Shown here: one piece after another, positions 12,464-24,702 of the stretch
How the letters are laid out: every line of letters begins with the position of its first letter
Numbering within the stretch: position 1 is the first letter of the stretch
Assembly: GCF_001194135.2 (NCBI RefSeq)
Contig: NC_069005.1
Span: forward strand, 15,343,973 to 15,400,545
Direction of reading: 5' to 3'
Source: Octopus bimaculoides
Taxonomy: Eukaryota
Length of the DNA stretch: 56,573 nucleotides
Notes under the pieces: model-generated
What the model saw: only the letters and a program-made list of their open reading frames with translations
Database searches by the model: none
Told to the model about the DNA's origin: nothing
Made by a program: the position numbers and the translations under genes

Positions 12464-13264
12464 CCATGTTACAAATGCAAGACTTGCGCTAAATGCTAAG
12501 GCTGCGTACGGGTAATAACACTATATAGCTAAGTTAAATGACCGTTAGAAACAAGAATGCTGATTTACAGAGAGCTATTAAGGGAGAGAGGTTGTGAATG
12601 CTATACTAAGTTTAAATTAGAGGAAGGCATAATGGACCGCAGTAAAATCCAAAAATCTAAGGTTAAAAGAAAATGGCAAACTAAAAACCAGAAAAGGAGG
12701 AAGGGAGGGAATCCAATGAATTCATTATATATTATTACTCCTTATGTAAACAAACTTATATACTGAGGTAAAACTAAGCACAGATTGTAAATATAATAAA
12801 TTAAACATCCATAGCATTGTATCATATTAAGATACGGTTATTAACCTAAATAAATGGTAATACAAGGTACAAAACTATAATGTAATGAAATAATAATAAT
12901 AAACATGCTTACGAGATCGAAAATATGTAAGTAAAATTACGAGTATGCTTCAAACTAAACGAATGTAGCTTTACTGGGAAGGGGAAAAAGTAGAAACAAC
13001 TGGCGTTGGAGTTAGATATAATTGTTATTTAAGATAATATTTTAATGATATTATTCTTGTTATTGTTATTATTATTATTATAATAAGTATAAAAATAAAT
13101 TTATTATTATCATTATTACTATTATTGTTACTGCCTAAAGTTAAAGGTAAATACTAAGCTGGGTGATTGTACATACCACTTGCAAGGTGGCTGTCCATTC
13201 GTGAGAATGTTATTAGGTGAAAAAATGAAAATAATAATAACTAAAATTAGTAAGAAGGATGAAA

Positions 13265-13720
13265 TTAATGAAAAGAACTGAGGGTGTGTTTCCTCCAATG
13301 CTGGCATCTGTATGCTCTCTGAGTTACCTGGTTAACTAAATTATTCTTGGAGAACAGAATGTAGAATAGCTCCAAGTTACAAAGAGGACAAAAATCCTTA
13401 CCCTTGTCGTAGGGTATTGAGGTAGCCAGTATTGACCATTCCAAAGAGAATTGTTTATTGCAGTCCTTAAGTTTTCAGATTAATTTACTTAGACCGGTAC
13501 TATTAATTTTATTCCTATCCCTAAAGGAAGAATAATGGTTGGAAATTCTCCTGGAGACCTGCGTCGAGGAGCTACCTACATAATGCGAGACGTCTGTGTG
13601 AGTCATTACCTCACATTGATAAACCACATTTTTGGTCCTGGCATTCGCACTTAAACCTAATTCTATTAGAATTAGATTCTGAGATACTAATCTTCTTGTT
13701 GTTACAGAGATTGTTATATT
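13265..13720 (-). mobile_element. Penelope-like element, GIY-YIG endonuclease remnant
   Basis: NVVYQCEV...YVGSSSTQVSRRISNHYSSFRDRNKINSTGLSKLI*KLK...WSIL...CPLCNLE. Same family as 41085-41399. Confidence 0.8.
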
Positions 13721-14196
13721 TACTAATGTTGTACTTATTACCTATATTTTTACCTAAATAACTATTGCTACCATATGAGTGTGTTAAATTACTGGAGTAA
13801 TTATCATTATTATTATTGTTATTATCACTACTATTCACTAACAAAATTCCGTGGTGCACAGAATTTTGTCAGTGAAGAGATTGCGGTCTCAAAGCGACGA
13901 AAATATTTTGGCAAATTAAATTTAAATGTTGAAGTGAATCTAACGGTTCTTGTGTGTTTCTTAAATGGCTTATAAACACCTTCCATGCTGCAATTGTTTG
14001 TATATATATAAATAAACATCTATATATATATATAAATATATATATATGTGTGTATATATATATTATATATATATAAAAGGGGTACATTAGATGGGTAGTG
14101 GGCAAAGTGGGGATTGAGGTAAGGATGATAATGGAAGGTGAGAAACAGTCACGCAAGAAAACGTAGGCCAGTGTTGAATGCAGCAACATCACTTAC

Positions 14197-14433
14197 TCTG
14201 TTTAATTCTGGCTCAATTTTCAGTGACAATTTCGATTTTCTGTGGGATTCATCCCTTGTTTCATCTCGAACATCAATGTCCCTGTGGAGTTCTTCGGTAG
14301 ACATGGTAGCTGCTCGAATGAAGTTAGAAGGCACCAAACCTTTTCGTCCTTTCATTTCACCGATAAAGAAACCATCGTCATCCATGTCACCATAGATTGT
14401 AATAAAATCTCCAACTTTGAATGCCAGTTCCAC
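14197..14433 (-). CDS. RIMBP2: RIM-BP exon (237 bp to the GTAAGT donor, or read through to a stop at 14149), rest of SH3-[42 protein letters not shown]...
   Basis: Acceptor ttttag|GTG in phase 0. GDMDDDGF and GLVPSNF motifs. Consensus donor AGA|GTAAGT at 14196-14191. Confidence 0.95.
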
Positions 14434-14661
14434 CTAAAAGCATCAGAGAAGAGACAGGAAAGTTATTTAGTTAGGAAGGGATCAATAGGAAATAAGACAC
14501 TTAAGATATTTAGATTAAGCTGACAAAGCAAGTTAATCCTTTGCCTGTCCTGAAAGACAAAGTCGACCTCGGCAATATTTGAACTCAGAATGTAAAGATG
14601 GATGAAATGTCATTAAACATTTTGCTCAGTATGCTAACGATTCTGCCAGCTTGCCACCTTA

Positions 14662-14714
<53 letters not shown>

Positions 14715-15157
14715 TAATAATAGAATAATAATAATCCTTTCTACTATAGGTACAAGGGCTGAAATTTGGTGGGAGGGGACTAGTCGATTACATTGACCCG
14801 AGTACTCAACTGGTACTTAATTTATTGACCCTGAAAGGATGAAAGGCAAAATTGAACTCAGTAGAATCTGAACTCAGAATGTAGCGATGGGCGAAAACTG
14901 CGAATGACTCTGCCAGCTCACTGCCTAAATTAATAATAATAACGGCTTCAAATTTTGCCACAAAGGCAGCAATTCTGGGGGAGGGGATGAATCGATTACA
15001 TCAACCTCAGTGTTCAACTGGTACTTATTTTATCAATCTTGAAAGGATGAAAGGCAATGTCGACCTCAGCGGAATTTGAACTTAGCACATAATGACAGAT
15101 GAAATGTCACTAAGCATTCTGCCCAGTGTGCTAACAATTCTGCCAGCTCACTGCCTC

Positions 15158-15191
<34 letters not shown>

Positions 15192-15358
15192 GTTCTTGGT
15201 GTCCATGCTTTATACATACTACACATTCCCAGTTATGTTTAACCACCAGAGCAACTTAGGACTTATGAAAGGGAAGCTTATATTACATGGAATGGATGAA
15301 ATAAGGGCTAACTAAACCTATCGTTTCAAATTTCATTTGGAAGTGTATATGTATAGAT

Positions 15359-15733
15359 TAGTGGTTCTCAACCGGGGTCCATGGAAGAAAATAGTAAGTA
15401 GGGGATTCAGCGTAGTATATTAAGGTTCCACGAAAAACTTTTGATTTAGATGTATCTATTACAAGAGACAGTTAAATTTCTTCCTCAAACGTTTACATAG
15501 TTCAATTTATACAAGATAATATGTGAAAAACAAAATAGGAATTTTGAAAGAAGTTTCTATAAAACTAATNNNNNNNNNNNNNNNNNNNNNNNNNNNNNNN
15601 NNNNNNNNNNNNNNNNNNNNNNNNNNNNNNNNNNNNNNNNNNNNNNNNNNNNNNNNNNNNNNNNNNNNNNNNNNNNNNNNNNNNNNATAGTAATCAAAGG
15701 AGTTCATAGATGAAAAATGGTTGAGAACCCCGG
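15359..15733. mobile_element. hAT-type MITE (related copies: 22138-22438, 22747-23361, fragment 21637-21710)
   Basis: Termini (c/t)agtggttctcaacc ... ggttgagaa. The family assignment is inferred from the TIR sequence only. Confidence 0.55.
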
Positions 15734-16750
15734 ATACAGATAGTTCTTGTCCTGCATATTTAAAATAAAGCGAAAGGGAGATAACTCATGGTTGTGGATT
15801 ATTTAATTTTCCCTTTGATTATTGGTTTCATATTTGGGCTCAAGGCCAGCAATTTCAAAGGAAGGCCTCAGTCGATTAAATCGACCCCAGTCATCAACTG
15901 ATACTTCTTTTATTGACACCAAAAGGATGAAAGGCAAAGTCGACCTTAGTGGCAGAATTTGAACACAGAACATAATGATGGACAAAATACCACAAAGCAT
16001 TTTATCCAGTGCACAGATTCTACCAGCTCACTGTTCTACTATTTTTTTTTCTTTATTTTTAGTCGGTGTGTGTATGTGTGTGTAAAGGCAGCGAGGTGGC
16101 AGAACTGATAACATGCCAAATGAAATATCACTAAGCAACTAGACTGCCTTTACATTCATCACGGTCATCGTTTAACGTCTGTTTTCTATGCTGGCATGGG
16201 TTGGACAGTTGATGAGCTGTCCAGATTCCAATTGTCTGTTTTGGCTAGGTTTCTACAGCTAGATATCCTTCCTAATGCCAACCACTTGACAGAATGTTCT
16301 GGGTGCCTTTTCACAGCTGTGCTTATGTAGCACTGGCACAAGTGCATGCAAGACAAAAAACCTCTCATCTGGGAGAGGGAGTGGTGGCATGGCCATAGAG
16401 GACATGCCGATTTGTATGGATGGCCACAATTTTATTTAGCTTGACGTGTCTTTTCTAGTAAAGGAAATCTCCACAAGTCCTGGTCCCTTGTCATCTCCAC
16501 AAGTCCTGGTCCCTTGTCATCTCCTCAGTGGGGCCCAGAGTCTGAAAATTTTTTCTCACCACTTCATCTCACGTCTTCCCGAGTCTACATATTCCACAGG
16601 TTCTGTTCACAATCAGAGATTGGCACTTTAAGTAGCAGCTTTCCTCATCCATACAAATTCTGAGATCAAATTCCACCTTTCAGTATCAGCTGAGTGCTGG
16701 GGACAATGTAATTGACCAGCCCCCTTCAACAAAAGTTTTTATTGTACATG

Positions 16751-17229
16751 TATCAGGTCATCCCATAAGTTCTGTCCAATTTCACCTTTTTTAAAATTGA
16801 ATGAAATTTAATAGTATTTTAGAATGTCTAATGGAATTAAAAATTATTTTTATGTATTTGTGTACATTTAAACTAATTAAATATTATTTTACAGAATAAT
16901 AAAATTAAAATTTCTTTGATTAAAACCCTTTCTAACATGGAAGTATCCAAAGAACATTTAAGGCACATAATGCTTTATGAGTACAAAAAGGGAAACGCTG
17001 CAGCCGAAGCGACTCGAAACATACATTCAGTTTATGGGAAAGAATGCTTGAATGAAAGAACTCGCAGAAGATGGTTTGCAGAATTCAGAAGTGGAGATTT
17101 CAGCCTTGAAGGGGAAGTCATAGATAATCAGGGAAAGAACATTGATGATTAAATTTCAATTAAATATAACATTTGATGACTTGTTTTCTTAATTCAAAAT
17201 TCGGACAGAACTTATGGGATGACCTGATA
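16751..17229 (+). mobile_element. Internally deleted mariner with both TIRs
   Basis: TA-tcaggtcatcccataagttctgtcc and its inverted copy ending cctga-TA. Encodes the HTH region MEVSKEHLRHIMLYEYKKG...GDFSLE fused to the last codons EVIDNQGK. Confidence 0.92.
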
Positions 17230-17455
17230 ATATTCTATTCTCCGATTTGAAGCGACAATTTATAAATACAAACGAATGACTGTAAAATGATGAGCTAACA
17301 CCTACCAGAATCGGACTCACAAATCAACGCTAACATGGCTCCTTGCGCATCCGATTGGGCCAAACGCTCGCCCATCAATTTCAGCCAAATTTAGTTAGTA
17401 TATACATACAAAGTTCATGTACGTATGTGTGTGTGNNNNNNNNNNCAAATCCCGA

Positions 17456-18117
17456 GTTGACATCTGCTCTTTTCTCCATTCTCGCGAACTCATTTTTGGA
17501 CAGACTTGTGACTGGTGATGAAAAATGGATCTTCTATCGAAATGTTAAATGTTGTAAACAGTGGCTTGGTAAAAGGGAAAAAGCTCAACCACAACCGAGA
17601 AGGGAACTTCATGGAAAAAAGGTTCTTCTCTCTATCTGGTGGGATTACAAAGGAGTAATTCACTTTGAATTGTTACCACCTAACACAAAAATCAATGCTC
17701 AAGTCTAATGTCAGAAATTTAAAAAACCCACTTTAGTGAATCAGAAAGGAGTGATGTTTCATTGCGCGACCCCACACTGCAGAAGATTGAAGAGCTTGGT
17801 TGGGAAAAAGTTCCTCATCCACCTTATTCTCCCGACCTTGCTCCTTCAGACTACCATATGTTTCGTAGTTTACAGAATCATTTGGGTGACATAACTTTCA
17901 CAAGCCAGGAAGAGGTCGAAACTAACATTTCAGAGTTCTTCGCTTTAAAACCAAAAGAGTTTTACATTGATGGGATTAAAAATCTTGTAAATAGATGGAA
18001 GGAAGTCATAGATAATCAGGGAAAGTACATTGATGATTGAATTTCAATTACATATAACATTTGATCACTTGTTTTCTTTCTTCAAAATTCGGACAGAACT
18101 TATGGGATGACCTGATA
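17456..18117 (+). mobile_element. Mariner DD34D transposase 3' half with a second right TIR (pseudogene)
   Basis: VTGDEKW, HPPYSPDLAPSDY and LVNRWKEVIDNQGKYIDD*. Contains a stop and a deletion. Right TIR at 18085-18117. Confidence 0.92.
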
Positions 18118-18540
18118 TATCAACAAATGACATTAACATTGGAGAAGGCATGGCTTTATTGTTAGGAAGTTCACATTATAATCTCCAGCCAGTAGTGTCA
18201 TCTGCTTAGCTGAGGTAGGCTAATGTGCTTCGAGTAAGACTGAATGGAAGCTTGTTGGCTTTATATATGTGTGTGTGTGAGAGGGTATGTGCGTATTTAG
18301 GTTTGTGTCTCACAAATGTAGCAGTTCAATAAATAGAGATTGATAAAATAAGTAACTGATATGAAAATAAGTATTTGTTGTTGATACAATCAACTATAAA
18401 CCATTGCAGGCAGTGCCCCAATATGGCCACAATCTAATGACTGAAACTAGTGAAACCAATGAAGGAAGAGAAAAACATGGTGTATAAAAAAAGTTTTTAA
18501 AAAAACAGCAACCAAAACAAAATAAAATCTGTAAATCTAC

Positions 18541-18674
18541 CTCAGCATCGACATTAGGTGAGAGCTCCCGAGGGTCATAGTCGTAAAGAGCAACCATAAG
18601 TTTGCCGGGGCCTAGGCCAGAGTTCGTGAGGTCAGCGCTTCTATACAGTGATTTGGAAAGAAAATTTTCTTTGG
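18541..18674 (-). CDS. RIMBP2: RIM-BP exon (134 bp, phase 1/0), start of SH3-III, ...GKLMVALYDYDPRELSPNVDAE
   Basis: Acceptor ttgcag|, donor GAG|GTAGAT. MVALYDYDPRELSPNVDAE is the typical RIM-BP SH3-III sequence. Confidence 0.97.
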
Positions 18675-19080
18675 CTGCAAATACATGTAAGAGAAAATTA
18701 GTTTTTGTAAAGTAGTTAAAGAAGCAGGAGTATAAGAAGGAGTAAGTGAAGTGGAAGGCTGCAAGAAAAATACAGACATAAATGACAAGGGCTACATAGA
18801 GCCTTGTCATAATAAGCTTAACAAATCAAAATGAAACAGGTTCATAATAACATAGTGTAACAAGTTTTGTCCTTAAGTAGCAACTGTTATTTCCTATTTG
18901 CTTACCCCTGGAAAGTATGAAAAATGGCTAATATTCCAAATTCGTTGACTGGCACCCATGCCAACCTTCCTTCAATGGACACTAAACTCAGCTTGCGACA
19001 TGTTGGGGTAAGTGAGATCGAAACTGAACCAAATTTGATGACTGGCACCCATGCTAGTGGTGTGCTAACAACACCATCTG

Positions 19081-19205
19081 AGCGGGATCACTGCCAGAGC
19101 AGCGGGATCACTGCCAGAGCAGCGGGATCACTGCCAGAGCAGCGGGATCACTGCCAGAGCAGTGGGATCACTGCCAGAGCAGCGGGATCACTGCCAGAGC
19201 AGCGG
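19081..19205 (+). repeat. Six near-perfect 20-bp units AGCGGGATCACTGCCAGAGC inside a family C SINE
   Basis: Read directly; one C>T variant, in unit 5. Confidence 0.97.
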
Positions 19206-20429
19206 TCTCGCTTCTGTGTTGGTGGCATGTAAAAAGTTCCATTTGAGCACGATCGTTTCCAGCTTTGCCTTACTGGCACTCGTGCCGGTGGCATGTGAAC
19301 AAAACATTGGACTGACTCCTGTGCAGGTGGCACGTAAAAAAGACCATTTGAGCGTGGCCATTGCCAGCACCGCCGAACTGGCCCTCATGCCGGTGGCACG
19401 TAAAAAGCACCCACTACACTCTCAGAGTGGTTGGCATTAGGAAGGGCATCCAGCTGTAGAAACTCTGCCAAATCAGATTGGAGTCTGGTGTAGCCATCCG
19501 GTTCGCCAGTCCCCAGTCAAATCATCCAACCCATGGAAAGTGGACGTTAAATAATGATGATGATGATGATGATTTCCTTCGAACTTTGCTTTTGTTATGA
19601 TATTTATTCAAACCCCAAACAATTCCTCTTAACATATGGTTATGAAGCCCCCTGACTAGTCCTGCTCATCATCAGAGATGCGCATATTGTCAGCCACTAA
19701 AGGATAAGCTCAACTGATTAAGGTCAAACAACTGACAAGCAAATCTGTGCTATTGAACAGAACATTTGCTATAACAATATTTCTGCTTCAGCAACTCAGC
19801 ATTGAATCTGTCTGAAATGTAATGGAAAAGAGGTCAGTTTCAAAATACTGATGTCCAGGTGACAAAAGTTCCAAGATTGAAGGGAATAGTAGTTATTTTC
19901 TTTGATTACTAGACAGAAGCAAATAAAAAAGAAACACTTTTGATCATAATGTCATGAGTTCAATTCCCGGTGACGCGTTGTGTCCTTGAGCGAGATATTT
20001 TATTTCACACTGTTCCAGTCCACTCAGCTGGCAAAAATGAGTTGTACCTATTTTTCAATGGACCAGCCCTTGTCACATTCAGTGTCATACTGAATTTCCC
20101 TGAGAACTTACATTAAGGGTACGTGTGTCTGTAGAGCGCTCAGCCACTTGCACATTAATTTCATGAGCAAGACCTCTTCCATTGATCAAATCATCTGGAA
20201 CTCTCGTCATCATGACTGACAGAGTGCCATTATAAATAGAGAGATATGTGGAACCATTAATCCTCACATAGTGTTTTCTTGCCCTCCTCATTTTTTTTCC
20301 TCTCATCCTTTTCTGTTGGAGAACATAGGCTCAAAACATCAAAGACTTTTCCATTTTTCCCCAGTATCAAACTAATACATCTGCTTGTTGTTCCCTCACC
20401 TGTCTTTGTTTACTGTACATTTAAACCAT

Positions 20430-20466
<37 letters not shown>

Positions 20467-20574
20467 ATTTATTTATTTATTTATCTATCATACATATATA
20501 TATATATATATACACATATATTTATTTATTCATTTATCTATCAAAAATATAAATATATATATACATACACACAC

Positions 20575-20746
20575 CAGGAGTACTACTGCTCTCTCCACTG
20601 GACGTGCTGGTATTGTCTTTTAGCAGCTGCTGCACCACATCAGGGTCCCTGACCTTCACCTCAGTAACCATGTTGCCAGGTACGTAACCAAGCTTGCCGT
20701 TTGCTTCTCCTCTGTAAAATCCATCGGCACCACAATCGCCAAATAT
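20575..20746 (-). CDS. RIMBP2: RIM-BP exon (172 bp, phase 0/1), second half of SH3-II, IFGDCGADGFYRGEANGKLGYVPGNMVTEVKVRDPDVVQQLLKDNTSTSSGESSSTP
   Basis: Acceptor ttttttgtag|, donor G|GTGTGT. Continues the SH3 (DGFYRGE, P.NMV). Confidence 0.95.
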
Positions 20747-21593
20747 CTACAAAAAAGAAAAGACAATAAAGAATACAACAAAAAAATATTGTAACACTGT
20801 TAAGGTTCTGAAGCCACAGAATAGCTTTGAAATAGAAACTGTTTCACATTTTGACACAAACCCAGCAATTTTGGGGTACAGGATAAATTGATTACTTTGA
20901 TTCCAGCGTTCAACTGGTACTTATTTTATTGACACAGAGAGGATGCAAGACAAAGTCGATCTCAGTGGAATATGAACTCAGACTGTAAAGATGGATGAAA
21001 TGCTGCTAAGCGTTTTGCCCTGCATGCTAAATACAGGATGATCTTGCTGTATGAAAATTTAATAGTAAAGTGGGTTCTAGCATAAATTTAATATTTCTAA
21101 TTTTTGCAGCAATTTTAAGGGAACAGGAATAGGTGATTACATTGACTCAAATGCTAAACTGATACTTACTTTGACCCCAAAAGGATGAAAGGTAAAGTCA
21201 ATCTTAGTGACATTTGATCTCAGAATGTAAAGAACCATGTGAAATGCTAAGAATTTGGTTGACATGGTAACAATTCTGCCAGCTTACCACTTTGGTACAA
21301 GCATAAATTTAATATTAAAACTATTGCAATTTTAAGGCCATTATGCTAGCATGGAAGGTGGACATTAAACGATGATGATGATGATGATGCTAATATCATG
21401 TATGTGAATAATTAATAGCAGGAAGCAAAAGAGTTCATTTATATTAGTTTAGGGGGTCTATCTTGGCATGTAGGAAGAGAGGGTGTAGAATCTCAAATAC
21501 TCCTTTGCCATTCTAAACAACAGATGAACCGAAGATTCAGAGTGAGCCTTTGGTAGACTGACAAGGAATCTAAGATTTAGGTACAAAATCTGG

Positions 21594-21636
<43 letters not shown>

Positions 21637-23436
21637 AGCAGTGGTTTTCAACATGGGTCTGACCCTTGTGGGGTCCATATCAGATTTAATTGTTAAAATT
21701 TATCTGCAATAGTGTAGCTGTGTGGTAAGAAGCTTGCTTCCCAACCACATGGTTCCAGGTTCAGTCCCACTGTGTGGCATCTTGGGCCAGTGTCTTCTAT
21801 AATAGCTTCAGGTCCAAGACTTCAGTCTGCCTGAAGTGACAGTAGAAGACAAGATGTCACACAGTGGGACTGAACCTAGAACCATGTGCTTGGGAAGCAA
21901 GCTTCTTACCACACAGCCACACCAGGATATTATTCAACCATCTTGTTCTTGGTCTAATTCTACATCATCTACCAGTTGACTTCGCTTAAAGAATTCATCA
22001 TGGGATTCATTCCTGTGACATTCAAATCACATGTTCATTGTACCAGAACTGTGACCTCTTAATGCAGAGAACTAGAAGCTCAATCTAGAGAAACTCCCTA
22101 CCCTTTGGCTACCCCCTATTGAGTAGTTACTTTAATACAATGTTTCTCAACCATTTTCTACCTATGGACCCCTTTCTTTCTTATACTCTGATGGACCCTC
22201 TTAGCCATTTTATATCTAAAAACCCTTATTATATTCTTATAAATAAATATTATTAGGAATCATATAAAAAATTGTTGAGAAAGTTTGTGCATTGTAGAAG
22301 TAAAACCAAATTACTTAACTATTATAAAGAAGTATATAATTATTAAAATATTTTGTGTGGTGTTGAGGTATAATCAATTTATAACACATAAATGTTTTAA
22401 CAAAAGAATCCTGTGTGGATCCTGGTTGAGAAAAACTGCCATAGTGTCTTCCAGTCTATATGTGCATACATTTGGGTATGTGTGAAGGTATGTGTGTGTA
22501 AGCATGTATTTTGTGCACATGTGTGCACCTGTGTCTATAAAAAAAAACAAGGCTTGGGTTGGATTGAGCCAATAGTAGAAAACATTTGGCCAAGGTACCA
22601 AAATAAGGACAAATGACAAAAAGGATGTGTCCTAAAATCTCAGCTTGGTATAAAAGGGCAGGCATCTGCAGAAACCTTGCTGTGGCAGACATTGGAACAT
22701 GATGCAATCTTATGACCTGCTGGATCCTGTCAAACTGTCTAACCCCATGTTTCTCAACCAGGGTTCATATGGCCCTTGAGGGTCCATATGTTGTTAAAAT
22801 TTATCTGCAATAAATCGGTTACACTTCTACAATATAAAAAATATTAAAATATTTTAATACAATTCCTAATATTTAATTATAAAAACACAGTTGGATTTTT
22901 TTAATGTATATTGAATGGTTATGGAGAGGTGTGGATGTGTGGTAAGAAGCATGCTTCCCAACCACATGGTTCCAGGTACAGTCCCAATGCAGAGCACCTT
23001 GTTCAAGCACCTTGGGTTAACCAAAGCCTTATGAGTGGATTTGTGGATAGAAACTGAGAAAATCCTGTCATATATATGTGTGTGTGTGTGTGTGTCCCTA
23101 TCATTGTTTGACAACCAATGCTGATGTTTATATCCCCATAACTTAGTGATTGGGCAAAAGAGGCCAATAGAATAAGTACAAGTCTTACAAAGAGTAAGTC
23201 CTGGGGTTGATTTCTTTAACTAAAAGCCTTTAAGGCAGTGCTCCAGCATGGCTGCAGTTTAATGACAAACAAGTAACAGAAATGAATGGTTATGGAGGTC
23301 CGATAGACTACAAGTGGACTCAAAGGAGTCCATAGGCAAAAGAATCATTGAGAAACACTGCTCTAACCCATACCCGGATGGAAAATGGATGTTAAAAGCA
23401 ACTGATGAAGATGATGATGAGGCTAAATGAACTGAC

Positions 23437-23894
23437 CTTGATAAAATCTCCCTCTTGGAACGGAAGCTCTGCATCTGATCCGTCTGCGTTAGGTGACATG
23501 ACAGCGGGGTCATAATCAAACAAGGCTACAAATAACCGCATCGAACTGTCAATTCCTCGTCGGACGTTACTGTTGTCTTCATAGTATATATCGGAGTCCT
23601 GACACGAACTGCTCGGTCTGACCTTAACTGAATTGGGAGATCCTAATATTCGGTCAGGTATGATTTCTGTCCGCCATCGCTGACTCGAATTTGCTGAACA
23701 TTTTTCTATAGGGTTGTCTTTCTGTTTGGGTAATGAACTGTTGTTGGGAGATTTATAAGAGCAGTCGACTTCATCTATTTTTTTATGTGTGAATCCTTTC
23801 GTTTTATCTTCTATAGATTTTCTCTTCTGTAAATTAGGTTCTTCCTCATCCTCAAACGAATTGCCTCTTTCTGTACTACTGTCTCTTGTTATTT
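23437..23894 (-). CDS. RIMBP2: RIM-BP exon (458 bp, phase 1/0) ending in the first half of SH3-II, ...MRLFVALFDYDPAVMSPNADGSDAELPFQEGDFIK
   Basis: Acceptor tttcag|, donor AAG|GTCAGT, 152 open codons. The VALFDYDP..MSPN.D...ELPF.EG signature is characteristic of RIM-BP SH3 domains. Confidence 0.95.
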
Positions 23895-24702
23895 CTGAAA
23901 TAATACAATTATTAAGAGAGATGGAAGTGTGTATATTCCAAAAATTACAGTAAAATGATCTGCTTGGAGAGTTATCTCCCTTGCTTCTAAAAAATATTTT
24001 TAACTATTCTGATGCCAACCGGCTTCTTTTAACATTTAAACTGGCCATATTTGGACTCTCACACCTACCTTACAATGTCATTCTAAATTATGAGATAGTG
24101 CATGATTAATTCAAAACAACCTGAATAAATAAGCAATTTATTTAACAAAATAATCTGAATGCTAAAGAGTTAAGGCGATTTAAATTAAGAGCTTCCATCA
24201 AATTTCAAGTTAATTTAAGTTCCAAACACCAGCTTAAACCTTTGCCAGTCCAAAGCATTTTCATAAGTTTGATTCTAAACGTCTACGCTTGTTTTCAAAC
24301 TCTGGCAGTTGTAGAAAAAACTGGGGATGTGTATCATATATGATACATAGATGCCATGCAAATATATCCTGTGACACAAGCGATATGCAGAACAGGCAAA
24401 GGGTTAATAATTGTAAAGTTATTTTACAGAATTCTTCATTATTTTCAAAATTAATTAAAATAAAGGTAGCATATTTTAAGAGAAATATGGTAACAAAAAG
24501 GACATGTCACTACCTCTAAGGGAAATTTTTGTCAAATGATTGCCTAGATAATCTTAATTAAATGAAATTTTTAAAATACTTATTACATATCTGAGAGGCT
24601 ACTGTAAGTGTACCCTGTATGCAGAATGCTTCCTGGAGATACTTTTTCACGGTGATATTATGGATATAATGTATACCCCTACACACTCTCTCAATACATA
24701 CA

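Noticed and set aside
13831-13990. Candidate terminal exon after ttgcag
   Set aside because: Phase 0 hits TAA after five codons. The open frame needs phase 2, which does not match the donor at 14196.
16467-16524. 26-bp tandem duplication (and a 42-bp one at 30773-30850)
   Set aside because: Ordinary slippage duplications inside repeat-derived sequence.
18924-19440. Repetitive-peptide ORFs
   Set aside because: They arise from the 20-bp VNTR inside a SINE.
21712-21780. tRNA genes
   Set aside because: A-box and B-box motifs belong to SINE heads; no complete cloverleaf was seen.
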